This document shows positions 49,393 through 60,267 of a stretch of 64,000 nt of DNA, piece after piece; position 1 is the first letter of the stretch; every line of letters starts with the position of its first letter. The DNA is taken from NCBI GenBank assembly GCA_963708985.1, contig CAVPUQ010000006.1:327451-391450 (forward strand). The letters are read 5' to 3'. Source of the stretch: an uncultured Actinomycetes bacterium. Lineage in GTDB: Bacteria > Actinomycetota > UBA4738 > HRBIN12. A program made the translations under genes and the position numbers. The notes below the pieces were generated by a model. It worked only from the letters and a program-made list of their open reading frames with translations. It searched no databases and was not told the DNA's origin.

Positions 49393-50360
49393 GCGAGCGC
49401 AGCCGCGTGGTCGTTATGGGCGCGACCGCCGAGGAGCCACCTCCCGGCATCCACGTCGTCGAGGAGGTGGTCGACCTCGCGTATGCGGATTCGATGGAGG
49501 CGCTCACCACCTCGCTCGAGGGCGCCGACGTGCTGTTCGCATGGCGTGCGGATCGCGACCTGCTGCCATCGGCGTGGGGGAGCGCGGGCGACCTGAAGTG
49601 GATCCAGTCGGCCTCGGCGGGCGTCGACGGGCTCCTGTTCCCCGAGCTCGTCGAGAGCTACGTGGTCCTCACGAACGCTCGTGGCGTGTTCGACGGCGCG
49701 ATCGCCGAGTACGTCTTGGGCCTGATCCTCCTCTTCGCGAAGGACCTCGTCGGCGTGCTCGACGCTCAGCGCATCCGCGAGTGGCGGCACCGGGACACGG
49801 AGACCCTGGAAGCCAAGCACCTCCTCGTGGCGGGCGTCGGGCCGATCGGGCGAGCGGTCGGCAAGGCCGGCCGGGCCTTCGGCATGCTGGTGCGCGGGAT
49901 GGGCCGGACCTCGCGGCCGGGCGACGCGGTGTTCGGAACGGTGATGGGCGTGGACGAGCTCCACGACGGCCTCACCTGGGCCGACTACGTCGTGAACACC
50001 CTGCCTGCTACGCCCAAGACGCACCACGTGTTCGACGCGGATGCCTTCGCCGCGATGAACCCGTGGGCCCGGTTCGTCAACGTCGGACGGGGAAGCACGG
50101 TCGACGAGGCGGCACTCGTGGAGGTGCTAGGGAGGGGTGGGATCTCGGCCGCGGCCCTCGACGTGTTCGAGGACGAGCCCCTACCGCACGACAGCCCGCT
50201 GTGGACCCTGCCCAACGTCGTGGTGTCGCCGCACGTGGCCGGGGACTTCGCCGGGTGGCGCGAGGCGCTCGTCGAGCTGTTCGTCGAGAACCTCGAACGC
50301 TATCTGACCGGCAACCCGCTCCGCAACGTCGTTGACAAGAAGCTGGGGTTCGTGCCGTGA
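49389..50360 (+). CDS. D-isomer-specific 2-hydroxyacid dehydrogenase family protein
   Basis: GTG 49389 overlaps the upstream stop. NAD fold HLLVAGVGPIGRAVGKAGRAFGM. RFVNVGRGSTVDEAALV and VSPHVAG. Confidence 0.82.
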   Translation: MSERSRVVVMGATAEEPPPGIHVVEEVVDLAYADSMEALTTSLEGADVLFAWRADRDLLPSAWGSAGDLKWIQSASAGVDGLLFPELVESYVVLTNARGVFDGAIAEYVLGLILLFAKDLVGVLDAQRIREWRHRDTETLEAKHLLVAGVGPIGRAVGKAGRAFGMLVRGMGRTSRPGDAVFGTVMGVDELHDGLTWADYVVNTLPATPKTHHVFDADAFAAMNPWARFVNVGRGSTVDEAALVEVLGRGGISAAALDVFEDEPLPHDSPLWTLPNVVVSPHVAGDFAGWREALVELFVENLERYLTGNPLRNVVDKKLGFVP

Positions 50361-50633
50361 GCGTCCGGCCGGACGGACCCGCGATCGTCGCGGCGCCGTG
50401 CGGATGACCCGCCGCCACACCCAGGTACCCCGTGGCACTCCGCGGCATCGACCGGTGGATCGGGCGGGGGGAGATCTCGTCGCGGCCCTGGGCGGTTCGG
50501 ACTCCTGGTCGCCGTCCGGCGTTCCCGCTCGGAGCTGATCCTGTAGGGCCGGCAACCTCCCAAGGGCCCTGTGCTACGCTCGGCGCCCGGGGGCGACGTG
50601 CCCATCCCGTGACGATCCGAGGGGGGTTCGACG

Positions 50634-51611
50634 ATGCGCAAGATCCTTGCTCTCGTCGCCGTGGCGGGGCTCCTGCTCGCCGCGTGCGCGAAGGACGAGC
50701 CAACGATCGGTGGCGAGACCGGCACCACCGGCACGACGTCGCTGACCGGCGAGACGGGCCCGACCGGCGGCACCGCGGTGGCCACCGCCGCCGAGTGCGC
50801 GCGCGAACGTGGACCTCGTGAACGCCGGCACGCTCACGATCGGGACCGACAACCCCGCGTACCCACCGTACTTCGCGGGCGGTGAGACGGAGGAGGACTC
50901 GGACTGGAAGTTCAACGACCCGAACACGGGTGAGGGCTTCGAGTCGGCGGTCGCCTACGAGGTCGCGGATCGTATGGGCTTCGGCGCGGACGCGGTGGAG
51001 TGGACCGTCGTCCCGTTCAACGAGACGTGGTCGCCTGGCGAGAAGGACTGGGACTTCGCGATCGTGCAGGTCTCGTACTCCGCCAAACGCGCCGAAGCGG
51101 TCGACTTCAGCGACAGCTACTACGACGTGAACCAGGCCCTGGTGAGCGTGAAGGGCACCCCGATCACCGAGGCCACGCGTATCGCGGACCTGAAGGAGTA
51201 CACGCTGGCCACGCAGCTCGGGACGACGAGCTACGACTTCATCAAGCGACGTGATCCAGCCGGACGTCGAACCCGGGCGTGTACGACAAGCTCGTGGACG
51301 CGGTCGCCGCCCTGAACGCCGGCCAGGTCGACGGGCATCGTGGTCGACCTGCCCGACGGCGCTCTACATCGCGGACCCGTTCGTTCAGCAGGTCAAGGAC
51401 AGCATCGTCGCTCGCGCCAGTTCCCGACGACGGCCGCCTCACGGGGAGTACTTCGGCGCTGTCCTTCGTCCGAAGGGGAGCCCGCTACGCGACGTGCGTG
51501 AACCTGGCGCTCGCAGGAGATGAAGGCGGACGGGACGCTCGAGGCGATCACGACCGAGTGGCTGTCCGAGAAGACGAACGTCGGCGAGGTTCCGGTCCTT
51601 CGAGGAGCTGA
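50634..51611 (+). pseudogene. Second polar amino-acid ABC substrate-binding lipoprotein (family 3); at least 8 shifts as read; 3' end uncertain
   Basis: MRKILALVAVAGLLLAAC (ORF 50634). VDLVNAGTLTIGTDNPAYPPYF...WDFAIVQVSYSAKRAEAVDFSDSYYDVNQALV (ORF 50809). Then short pieces in alternating frames: DVIQPDVEPG, VYDKLVDAVAALNAGQVDG, IVVDLP, TALYIADPFVQQVKDSIV, EMKADGTLEAITTEWLSEK. Confidence 0.72.
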
Positions 51612-51635
51612 GACCCGCCGGAGCGGCGAGCAGCG

Positions 51636-52537
51636 GTGGCGTCGAGATCCAGCAGACCCGAGCGCCGGCCCCCGCGACCGGGGAGCCGGCGTCGCCGGCT
51701 CCGTCGGTGGGACCTGCGGGCCGAGGAAGGTGCAAGGGCGTCGCGGTCGCGGTCGCTGAGCACCGTAGTGGTGCTCGGATCGTCTGGCGTGGTTGCGTCG
51801 TGCGATCGCGAGTACTGGCCTGACTTCAAGCAGGCGTTCTTCAACGGGAGCGCGTTCGTGGAGACCTTCCCCGAGATCGTCCGTCGGCTTCCGGTCGGAA
51901 CGTGCGAGTACTTCCTCGTCGCCGAGCCGATCATCCTCGCTCTGGGCGCTGCTGCTCGCGGTGCTGCGGATCCTGCCGCGGACCGGTCTTCTTCCCGCTC
52001 CGGCTCCTGCGACGGTCTACGTCGACCTCTTCCGTGGCGTGCCGACGCTCCTCGATCGTCTACCTGCTCGGGTTCGGGCTGCCGGCGCTGAGACCTGCCG
52101 GGCGTGCCCGATCGACCCGGTGGTTCTGGGGCGGTGATCGGTCTGATCCTCAGCTACTCGGCGTACGTCGCCGAGGTCTACCGCGCGGGCATCGAGTCCG
52201 TGCATCCGAGCCAGACGGCCGCGGCGCGGTCGCTCGGCCTGTCGCGGTGGACAGACCCTCCGTCACGTGGTGATCCCCCAGGCGGTGCGTCGGGTCATCC
52301 CGCCGCTCATGAACGACTTCATCGCCCTCCAGAAGGACACCGCGCTCATCGCGTTCGTCGTCGGCGTTCCCGAGGCGTTCCTGATGGCGACAGATCTAGG
52401 TGGCGGCCGACTTCAACTTCACGCCGATCCTCGGGCCGGCCTTGCTGCTTCCTCGTGATCACGATCCCGATGACGCGACGTCGACTGGCTGCATCGCTCG
52501 CGAGCGGCGGCGCCGGCAGGCGGGAGGGGGCCTGTGA
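51636..52537 (+). pseudogene. Second polar amino-acid ABC permease; at least 10 shifts as read; 5' end uncertain
   Basis: Pieces: WPDFKQAFFNGSAFVETFPEIV (ORF 51636), LLLAVLRILP, TVYVDLFRGVPTLL (ORF 51793), IVYLLGFGLPAL (ORF 51902), [39 protein letters not shown] (ORF 52104), [37 protein letters not shown] (ORF 52267), [10 protein letters not shown]. Putative stop at 52535-52537. Confidence 0.72.
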
Positions 52538-53297
52538 GCGCGCACGAGCGCCGGATGACGGTCCGTGGGGATCGAGGGGGTCCACAAGTCGTTCGACCAA
52601 GCTCGAGGTGCTGAAGGGGATCGACCTGACGTCGCCGAGCACGAGGTCATCTGCCTGATCGGGGCGTCGGGCTCGGGCAAGTCGACCCTCCTTCGGTGCG
52701 TGAACCTTCTCGAGCCCGTCGACGCCGGTCGCGTCGTCGTGCACGGGGAGGAGATCACGGCTCGGCGTGGACGTGAACCGGATCCGGCGCTCGATCGGCA
52801 TCGTGTTCCAGTCGTTCAACCTGTTCCCGCACATGACGGTGCTCCGCAACGTCACGCTCGCGCCGCAGAAGGCACTGAAGCTCTCGAGGGCCGAGGCCGG
52901 GAAGCGTGCCGTCGAGCTCCTCGAGCGGTTCGGCCTGGCGGACAAGAAGGACGAGTACCCGGACCGGCTCTCGGGCGGCCAGCAGCAGCGGGTCGCGATC
53001 GTGCGGGCCCTCGCGATGCAGCCCGACATCATGCTGCTCGACGAGGTCACGAGCGCGCTCGACCCCGAGCTCGTCGCCGAGGTCCTCAACGTGATCAAGG
53101 AGCTCGCGGCCGGCGGCATGACGATGCTCATCGCGACGCACGAGATGGGGTTCGCGCGGGACATCGCGAACCGCGTCTGCTTCCTGGACGCGGGCGTGAT
53201 CCTCGAGGAGGGCCCGCCCGAGCAGATCTTCAGCGCGCCGCGGGAGGCCCGGACCCAGCGGTTCCTCCAGAGCATCATCGAAGCCGGGCGGATGTGA
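52534..53297 (+). pseudogene. Second polar amino-acid ABC ATPase; about 4 shifts as read, all in the first 230 nt
   Basis: GTG 52534. [44 protein letters not shown] (ORF 52565). Then ORF 52767..53297 is intact ([59 protein letters not shown]). Confidence 0.88.
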
Positions 53298-53821
53298 TGG
53301 CCGAGGCCGTCACGCCCACGCGTCGAGAGGCGCTGCGGATCCTCGAGGAGGGCCGCGCCCGGATCGACGAGCTCCTCGACCGCCTCCCGAGGAGCTCGAT
53401 GACGACCCCGGGGCTCGGCGGCGGCACGTGGTCGCCGAAGGATCTCATCGGGCACCTAGCGTCGTGGGAGGAGTACGCGCTCGATGCCCTCGCCGCGTGG
53501 GAGCGGGACGAGCGCGCCCCGATCGACGATCTCCAGTTCACCCTCAGCACGAGCCGTATCAACGACCAGGCCGTAGCACGCAGGGCCGCCTGGTCGCTCG
53601 CGAGGGTTCGCCGAGAAGCCGGTCGCACCCGCGACGAGCTGCTCGCGGCCGTCCTGACGATGTCCGACGCTCGGTGGAGGGCGCCCACGACCTCGCGAGG
53701 GCGCAAGCCGCTCGGTGCCCGGCTGGGCGCGATCCTCGTCGGTACCGGTGGCCCGTTCGGGCACGACGCCGCCCATCTGCGGAGCCTGGCGGCCTTCGTG
53801 GAACGCTACGGGCGGGCCTGA
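53297..53821 (+). CDS. DinB-like / four-helix-bundle family protein (weak assignment)
   Basis: ATG 53297 overlaps the ATPase stop and forms the tail of ORF 52565..53821. TWSPKDLIGHLASWEEYALDAL and GHDAAHLRSL resemble DinB/maleylpyruvate-isomerase-N-type metal-binding helices. Confidence 0.45.
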   Translation: MAEAVTPTRREALRILEEGRARIDELLDRLPRSSMTTPGLGGGTWSPKDLIGHLASWEEYALDALAAWERDERAPIDDLQFTLSTSRINDQAVARRAAWSLARVRREAGRTRDELLAAVLTMSDARWRAPTTSRGRKPLGARLGAILVGTGGPFGHDAAHLRSLAAFVERYGRA

Positions 53822-53832
53822 CCCGCTCCCGG

Positions 53833-54294
53833 CTAGGGCGACACGGGACGCGCGGGGCTGACGGCCACGACGTGGCCCTCGGCGTCGAGCGCGACCACGC
53901 TCCAGGACGACCCGGGCCGGATCACGGGGCCGGGCTCGCCGATCGGACGCTCTCCGGGCAGACCGCCCAGGTTCACGGTCGTCTCGGCGCCTTCCCATGC
54001 CCAGATCGGGCCCCCGTCGGCGTCCAGGACCACGACGCGATACGTGCTCGTGCCCGGGACCGCCTCCCAGTCGAAGCTCGGCACCTCGCCGGCGCCCTCG
54101 GACGGCGGACCGGTGAGCGTCACGGTCGCCTCGATGCCCGGCGCGGCGAGCGGGCTCCCGGCGGCCCCGGGGCTCGCCGCACCGCCTGGGCCCGTGGCAT
54201 CGGCACCGTCACGGTCACTGGCCCCGTCGCCACCGGTGCACGAGACGAGGACGGCGACGAGCGCCCCGAGCGCCAGCGCGCGGCGCAGGCTCAT
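53833..54294 (-). CDS. Hypothetical lipoprotein (153 aa)
   Basis: These are the last 153 codons of ORF 53833..55623. MSLRRALALGALVAVLVSC is a signal peptide plus lipobox. The ATG overlaps the stop of the upstream gene (ATGA at 54291-54294). No family recognised. Confidence 0.6.
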   Translation of the reverse strand: MSLRRALALGALVAVLVSCTGGDGASDRDGADATGPGGAASPGAAGSPLAAPGIEATVTLTGPPSEGAGEVPSFDWEAVPGTSTYRVVVLDADGGPIWAWEGAETTVNLGGLPGERPIGEPGPVIRPGSSWSVVALDAEGHVVAVSPARPVSP

Positions 54295-55352
54295 GGCCCC
54301 GGGCCCCCGGTCGCGAGGTAGCCCTGGGCCTTGTTCGCGAGCGCGGTCAAACCGAACTGCTGGGCTCCGACCAGGATGTCGAGGATCGTCGTGGTGTCGC
54401 CGGCCGCCGCGGCCGCATCGAGCTTCTGTTCCAGGACGGCCCCGAACTGCGTGTAGAGGGAATCCGCCATCTGCTGGAATGGGGCCGAGCCACCGACCGA
54501 GGGACCCACGGCCCCGACGTGGACCCCGGCGCCGAGCAGGGCAAGCAGCTCCTGCGCCGAGTAGGCGCTCGAGTCGTTCAGCGCCGTCTGCAGCAGGTCC
54601 TGGAACAGCGCGGCGAGGAGGGTGTCGGCCAGCCCGTTCTGAAAGCCCTTGGGGGGCAAGTCGCAGCCGCCGAGGCCGGCGATCTGCGCGTTCAGGGCGT
54701 CGACCTGCTGGGCGAGCGACAGGACCTGAGCGACGGTCGGCGAGCCGCCGCCCGCGTCGAGGACGGCGTTCACCAGGTCGGAGTACTGCTTCGTGATGCC
54801 CTCGACCCCGGCGGAGCCGGCCACGCGGAAGGCGACGAAGGCTGCCTCCAGGTCGGCGTTGAACCCGGCGGCCTGCGCGGCCTTCTCGGACTGCGTCGCC
54901 AGATCCCCGGTGACCTTGCTGCAGCTCACCCAGGACGGGGAGAACAGCCCGTTCACGTGGGTCTCGAACTCGATCGGCACGGTGATCCCGGAGGCGGAGC
55001 CTTCGCCGGTCGCCTTCACCCACCCCTTCGCCTTCACGACATCGGCGGACCCGTAGAGCGCGGTCGTGAGCACGAAGTGCAGCGTGGCGATGGCCGTCTC
55101 GGAGCTGCCGACACCGTCGCTGACGGCCGTGAGCTTCCCGTCGGTGACCTCCCCGTTCTCCACCGTGAGCTGGAATGCGACCGCACCCTTGCCGGTGGCG
55201 AACAGGTCGTCCTTGGAAACGGTGCCCGTGTGGTACGCGGTCCCCTCCCACACCCCGTCCGGGAAGGCGACCTTCTTGTCCGCGGTCGCCGCCGGCACGA
55301 TGGCGGTCACGGCCCAGGTGAAGACCGCGAGGACCAGGATGACCCGGCGCAT
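54291..55352 (-). CDS. Hypothetical secreted protein (353 aa)
   Basis: ATG 55352 is residue 65 of ORF 54291..55544. MRRVILVLAVFTWAVTAIVPAATA is a signal peptide. The N-half looks beta-rich and the C-half is Ala/Leu/Gln-rich and helical. No family recognised. Confidence 0.6.
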   Translation of the reverse strand: MRRVILVLAVFTWAVTAIVPAATADKKVAFPDGVWEGTAYHTGTVSKDDLFATGKGAVAFQLTVENGEVTDGKLTAVSDGVGSSETAIATLHFVLTTALYGSADVVKAKGWVKATGEGSASGITVPIEFETHVNGLFSPSWVSCSKVTGDLATQSEKAAQAAGFNADLEAAFVAFRVAGSAGVEGITKQYSDLVNAVLDAGGGSPTVAQVLSLAQQVDALNAQIAGLGGCDLPPKGFQNGLADTLLAALFQDLLQTALNDSSAYSAQELLALLGAGVHVGAVGPSVGGSAPFQQMADSLYTQFGAVLEQKLDAAAAAGDTTTILDILVGAQQFGLTALANKAQGYLATGGPGP

Positions 55353-55435
55353 GGTCTCGGATGAGACCACGGCGTCCGGGTTCCACGCAAGCCGGGGGCC
55401 GAGCCGAACCCGCCCGGGTGGCGAACGTCCTGGCG

Positions 55436-56020
55436 ATGAGACACACGCGAACGCGCACGCGCTGGCTCGTCTCGGCGCTGATGGTGGTGGCGGCGCTCGC
55501 GGTCGGCAAGGCGCTGGCCCCCGCAGCTTCCGGAGGCGGTGCACCGACCCGCCCGTCGCCGAGCCCGTCGTACCCGGCGTCCTGGTCGCGGTACGCTCCG
55601 GCCGACGGGTCGTTCCATCTCATGGCGCCGGGAGCGCCGAGCGAGCGCCAGGGTCAGACCAACGCCGGCCTCCTCCACCGGACGGACTTCGCGGTCCCCG
55701 GCACCGGCGCGCTGTTCGTCGAGTGGCTGGACGTGGCTCCCGAGGTCGCTGCCGGACGCTCGGAGGCCGATCTCATCGACCTCACGCTCGCGCCGATGGC
55801 GGACCGGCTCGGCGCGCAGATCGACGAAGAGGACATCCTGCGGGACGGGCCCCATCCCGGGGTCGAGCTCCATCTGTCCTCGACGGACGGCCGCGCGTAC
55901 CTGATCCGCGTCTTCTCCGCGAACGGTCGCCTCGTCGAGGCGACCGCGGAGCTTGCCACGGGATCGAAACGTGCCGATGCCCAGCGGTTCGTCCAGTCGC
56001 TCGAGCTCGACCTGCCCTGA
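55436..56020 (+). CDS. Hypothetical exported or membrane-anchored protein (194 aa)
   Basis: ATG 55436 lies within ORF 55361..56020. [28 protein letters not shown] is an N-terminal signal or anchor. Divergent from the two genes above. No family recognised. Confidence 0.5.
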   Translation: MRHTRTRTRWLVSALMVVAALAVGKALAPAASGGGAPTRPSPSPSYPASWSRYAPADGSFHLMAPGAPSERQGQTNAGLLHRTDFAVPGTGALFVEWLDVAPEVAAGRSEADLIDLTLAPMADRLGAQIDEEDILRDGPHPGVELHLSSTDGRAYLIRVFSANGRLVEATAELATGSKRADAQRFVQSLELDLP

Positions 56021-56063
56021 CCTCGGAACGGGCTGTCCGCCGCCCAGCCTAGAATCGGGGCCG

Positions 56064-58079
56064 ATGCCCCCGTTCAAGGTCCACGCCGAGTTCGAGCCCT
56101 CGGGCGATCAGCCCCGCGCGGTCGAGGAGCTTGCCGAGGGCATCCTGGCGGGTGAGGACCGACTGACGCTCCTCGGCGCGACCGGGACCGGCAAGACCTT
56201 CACGATCGCCCAGGTCGTCGAGCGCGTGCAGCGGCCGACGCTCGTGATGGCTCCCAACAAGTCCCTTGGAGCGCAGCTCGCGAACGAGTTCCGAGAGTTC
56301 TTCCCGGAGAACGCCGTCGAGTACTTCGTCTCCTACTACGACTACTACCAGCCGGAGGCCTACGTCCCGCAGACGGACACCTACATCGAGAAGGACTCCT
56401 CGATCAACGACGAGATCGAGCGGCTGCGGCACTCGGCGACGGCGGCGCTCCTCACGCGCCGGGACGTGCTCATCGTCGCGAGCGTCTCGGCGATCTACGG
56501 GCTCGGCTCGCCGGAGGAGTACCTCGGGCAGATCCTGCGTGTGCACCAGGGCGTCGCGACCGACCTGGAGTGGGCGAAGCAGCGCCTCGTGGACATCCAG
56601 TACGACCGGAACCAGGTCAGCTTCAGCCGGGGCAAGTTCCGCGTGCAGGGCGACGTGATGGAGGTCTTCCCCGCGTACGAGGAGACGGGCATCCGGATCG
56701 AGTGGTGGGGCGACACGATCGAGCGCATCACGCGGTTCGACCCCATCAGCGGGGAGGTCCTCGGCGAGCTCCCCGAGATCACGGTCTATCCGGCCACCCA
56801 CTACGTGGCGTCCGAGGAGCGGATGAAACGGGCGATCGTCGGCATCGAGGACGAGCTACAGGAGCGGCTCGCGTGGCTCGAGTCCCAGGGCAAGCTCCTC
56901 GAGGCCGAGCGCCTGCGGATGCGCACCACCTACGACCTCGAGATGCTCCGCGAGGTCGGGTTCTGCTCCGGCATCGAGAACTACTCGCGCCACATCGACG
57001 GCCGCGTGCAGGGCGAGGCTCCGTACACGCTGCTGGACTACTTCCCGGACGACTGGCTGTGCGTCATCGACGAGTCCCATGTGACCGTGCCGCAGATCCA
57101 CGGGATGTTCGAGGGTGACAAGACACGCAAGGGGACCCTGGTCGAGTTCGGCTTCCGCCTGCCCTCCGCGCTCGACAACCGGCCACTACGGTTCGAGGAG
57201 TTCATCCAGAAGGTCGACCAGATCGTGTTCATGTCGGCCACGCCCAGCCCGTACGAGTTCCGCGTGAGCAAGCGGGTCGCCGAGCAGATCGTCCGGCCGA
57301 CCGGGCTGATCGACCCCGAGGTCGAGATCCGGCCGACGAAGGGTCAGGTCGACGACCTGATGGAGGAGATCCGCAGGCGGGCCGAGGTCGACCATCGGGT
57401 CCTCGTCACCACCCTGACCAAGAAGATGGCCGAGGATCTGACCGATTACCTGCTCGAGATGGGCATCCGCGTCCGGTACCTGCACTCGGAGGTGGACACG
57501 ATCCAACGCATCGAGATCATCCGGGACCTGCGCCTCGGCGAGTTCGACGTGCTCGTCGGCATCAACCTGCTCCGCGAGGGCCTGGACCTGCCCGAGGTCT
57601 CGCTGGTCGCGATCCTCGACGCGGACAAGGAGGGATTCTTGCGCTCCGAGACCTCGCTGATCCAGACGATCGGCCGTGCGGCGCGGAACGTGGACGGCAA
57701 GGTGCTCATGTACGCGGACGACGTGACGGACTCGATGAAGGCGGCGATCTCCGAGACCCAGCGCCGCCGCAAGATCCAGATGGCCTACAACCGAGAGCAC
57801 GGCATCGACCCACAGTCGATCCGCAAGAAGGTCTCGGACATCTTGCTCACGATGGCCATCGACACCGGCAGGGCGTCGCATCCCGACCGCAAGCGCCGGA
57901 AGCGCGAGCATCCGGAGATGCCGACCGAGGAGCTCGAACGCCTGATCCGCAGCCTCGAAGAGGAGATGCACGAGGCTGCGAAGGATCTCCGCTTCGAGTA
58001 CGCGGCCCGGCTGCGGGACGAGGTGCTCGACCTCCGGAAGGAGCTCAAGGCGATGCGGCAGGCGGGGGTGGGATCGTGA
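56064..58079 (+). CDS. uvrB: UvrB, excinuclease ABC subunit B
   Basis: ATG 56064 within ORF 55953..58079. [31 protein letters not shown], helicase C motifs, and the UVR domain [12 protein letters not shown] at the C-terminus. Intact. Confidence 0.97.
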   Translation: MPPFKVHAEFEPSGDQPRAVEELAEGILAGEDRLTLLGATGTGKTFTIAQVVERVQRPTLVMAPNKSLGAQLANEFREFFPENAVEYFVSYYDYYQPEAYVPQTDTYIEKDSSINDEIERLRHSATAALLTRRDVLIVASVSAIYGLGSPEEYLGQILRVHQGVATDLEWAKQRLVDIQYDRNQVSFSRGKFRVQGDVMEVFPAYEETGIRIEWWGDTIERITRFDPISGEVLGELPEITVYPATHYVASEERMKRAIVGIEDELQERLAWLESQGKLLEAERLRMRTTYDLEMLREVGFCSGIENYSRHIDGRVQGEAPYTLLDYFPDDWLCVIDESHVTVPQIHGMFEGDKTRKGTLVEFGFRLPSALDNRPLRFEEFIQKVDQIVFMSATPSPYEFRVSKRVAEQIVRPTGLIDPEVEIRPTKGQVDDLMEEIRRRAEVDHRVLVTTLTKKMAEDLTDYLLEMGIRVRYLHSEVDTIQRIEIIRDLRLGEFDVLVGINLLREGLDLPEVSLVAILDADKEGFLRSETSLIQTIGRAARNVDGKVLMYADDVTDSMKAAISETQRRRKIQMAYNREHGIDPQSIRKKVSDILLTMAIDTGRASHPDRKRRKREHPEMPTEELERLIRSLEEEMHEAAKDLRFEYAARLRDEVLDLRKELKAMRQAGVGS

Positions 58080-59113
58080 GCGCGGCGCTCGTCGTCCGTT
58101 CCCCGCTCGCCTGGCTCGGTCCGGGCTCCATCGTGCCCGACGCGGCGGTGGTGATCGAGCGCGGGACCATCGCGTTCGCGGGCGCAGCCTCGGAGATGCC
58201 CCGCGTCGCCGAGGGACAGCAGGTGGACGTCGACGGGTTCCTCATGCCCGCGGTCGCCGACCGTCACGTGCACATCGGCCTCGCGGATCCGGCGACGGTG
58301 CTCCTACGCGGGGTCACCGCGGTGCGGGACTGCGGCTGGCCTGCCGATGTGATCTTCCCGCTCGCCGACGCCTCCGAGATGCCGAGCTTCACCGGCCCAC
58401 TCATCAAGGCGGCGGGGCCGATGTTGACCGCACCGGGTGGATACCCGACGCGTGACAAGTGGGGTCCGCCGGGGACCGGACTCGAGGTCCACGACCCCGG
58501 CGAAGGGGGACGCGCGGTCGCGATGCTGGCCGGACGAGGCGCGGTCGGGATCAAGGTCGCGCTCAACGCCGCCGCGGGCCCCACCCTGACCGACGGCGAC
58601 CTGGCCGCTATCTGCTCGGCGGCGGCTGCGGCGCGACTCCCCGTGGTCGCGCACGTGGAAGGCCCGGGGCAGGTCGAGCGTGCCCTGGGCGCGGGCGTCC
58701 GGGAGCTCGCGCACACGCCGTGGACCGAGCGGCTCTCCGACGGGGTCATCGAGGTCCTCGCGAAACGCACGCGCATCGTCTCGACCCTTGACATCCAGAG
58801 CTTCGGCGGCGACACGCCCGAGGTGCGCACGGCCGTCGACAACCTCCGGCGCTTCAACGAGGCCGGCGGGGTCGTGCTCTACGGCACCGACCTGGGCAAC
58901 GGCCCGATCCCCCCGGGGGTGGACCTCCGAGAGGTCCTGCTCCTGCGCGAGGCAGGCCTCGAAACGGAGATCATCATGCAGGCGATGGTGCGTGGACCTC
59001 TCCAGCGCAACGCTCCCGGAGACCTCCTAGCACTGGGGCGCAACCCGTTCGAGGAGCTCGAAGCCTTCGAGGACATCCGTCTCGTCGTGCGCGGGGGCCG
59101 CCTGATCTTTTGA
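58076..59113 (+). CDS. Amidohydrolase-family metallo-hydrolase
   Basis: ORF 58076..59113. GTGA overlap with uvrB. ADRHVHIG metal motif, a later AHVEG, and a C-terminal YGTDLG. Confidence 0.72.
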   Translation: MSAALVVRSPLAWLGPGSIVPDAAVVIERGTIAFAGAASEMPRVAEGQQVDVDGFLMPAVADRHVHIGLADPATVLLRGVTAVRDCGWPADVIFPLADASEMPSFTGPLIKAAGPMLTAPGGYPTRDKWGPPGTGLEVHDPGEGGRAVAMLAGRGAVGIKVALNAAAGPTLTDGDLAAICSAAAAARLPVVAHVEGPGQVERALGAGVRELAHTPWTERLSDGVIEVLAKRTRIVSTLDIQSFGGDTPEVRTAVDNLRRFNEAGGVVLYGTDLGNGPIPPGVDLREVLLLREAGLETEIIMQAMVRGPLQRNAPGDLLALGRNPFEELEAFEDIRLVVRGGRLIF

Positions 59114-59181
59114 GACTTGCGCACATCACCAAGAACGGATACACACCATCGATCATCGTCGTTGCCCGCGAGGAGGTCTTC

Positions 59182-60267
59182 GTGAGCGAGCCCGCAACGC
59201 CCCCCGCGATGGCGCCCGGCGTCGAGATCCTCCCGGAGGAGCTGGGTCTGACCCAACGCAACCACAGCTTCCATCTCGAGGGGCTTCGGTACGACGTGAC
59301 GCCACTCGGCATGCACTACCTGCTGATCCACTTCGACATCCCGGCAGGCGACGAGGCGGCGTGGAGCGTCTCGATCGGCGGACTCGTCCGGAACGACCTC
59401 GTGCTGTCGATGACGGATCTGCGCTCGCGGCCGCGGGTCACGCTGCCCGTGACGATGGAGTGCGCGGGGAACGGACGAGCGCGCCTCCGCCCGCGGCCCG
59501 TGTCGCAGCCCTGGCTCGAGGGGGCGATCGGCACCGCGGAGTGGACGGGGACGCCTCTCGCACCGATCCTGGCCGAAGCGGGGATCGAGGGGGACGCCGT
59601 CGAGCTCGTGTTCACCGGCGCCGACCACGGGGTGCAAGGGGGGGTCGAGCAGGACTACGAGCGCAGCCTCACCGTGGCCGAGGCAACTCGCGACGAGGTC
59701 CTGCTCGCGTACGAGGTCAACGGGCAACCGCTCCCTCCCCAACACGGCTACCCGGTCCGGTTGCTCGTTCCCGGCTGGTACGGCATGACGAGCGTGAAGT
59801 GGCTGACGCGGATCACGGCCGTGGCCGAACCGTTCGAGGGATTCCAGATGGATGCGTACCGCCTGCGAGCGCATGCCGAGGAGCCCGGTGTTCCCGTGAC
59901 GCGGCTGCTCCCGCGAGCGCTCATGGTGCCACCGGGGGTCCCGGAGTTCATGACGCGCACCAGGCTGGTCGACCCAGGTACGCACGAGCTCATGGGGCGC
60001 GCGTGGTCCGGGTGGGCCCCGGTCTCGAGGGTCGAGGTATCGGTGGACGGCGGTGGGTGGGTCGAGGCGGAGCTGGGTGAGGCGGTTGGGCCGCATGCGT
60101 GGACCGCCTGGCGGTTCGGCTGGAGGGCCGAGCCGGGCGAGCACGAGCTCGCATGCCGGGCCACGGACGCCATCGGCGCCACGCAGCCCGATGAACAGCG
60201 CTGGAACCATCACGGACTCGAGAACAACGAGGTCCAGCGCGTGCGGGTGGTCGTGCGCGAGCCCTAG
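59182..60267 (+). CDS. Sulfite-oxidase-family molybdopterin oxidoreductase
   Basis: GTG 59182 follows GAGGAGG, within ORF 59110..60267. Moco-binding MECAGNGRA, HGYPVRLLVPGWYGMTSVKWL, and a C-terminal Ig-like dimerisation domain. Confidence 0.8.
   Translation: MSEPATPPAMAPGVEILPEELGLTQRNHSFHLEGLRYDVTPLGMHYLLIHFDIPAGDEAAWSVSIGGLVRNDLVLSMTDLRSRPRVTLPVTMECAGNGRARLRPRPVSQPWLEGAIGTAEWTGTPLAPILAEAGIEGDAVELVFTGADHGVQGGVEQDYERSLTVAEATRDEVLLAYEVNGQPLPPQHGYPVRLLVPGWYGMTSVKWLTRITAVAEPFEGFQMDAYRLRAHAEEPGVPVTRLLPRALMVPPGVPEFMTRTRLVDPGTHELMGRAWSGWAPVSRVEVSVDGGGWVEAELGEAVGPHAWTAWRFGWRAEPGEHELACRATDAIGATQPDEQRWNHHGLENNEVQRVRVVVREP

Noticed and set aside
54295-55623. The upstream 440 codons of the 596-aa reverse ORF 53833..55623.
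   Set aside because: They overlap, out of frame, the better-supported 353-aa signal-peptide gene. Only the last 153 codons, which begin with a lipoprotein signal, look genuine.
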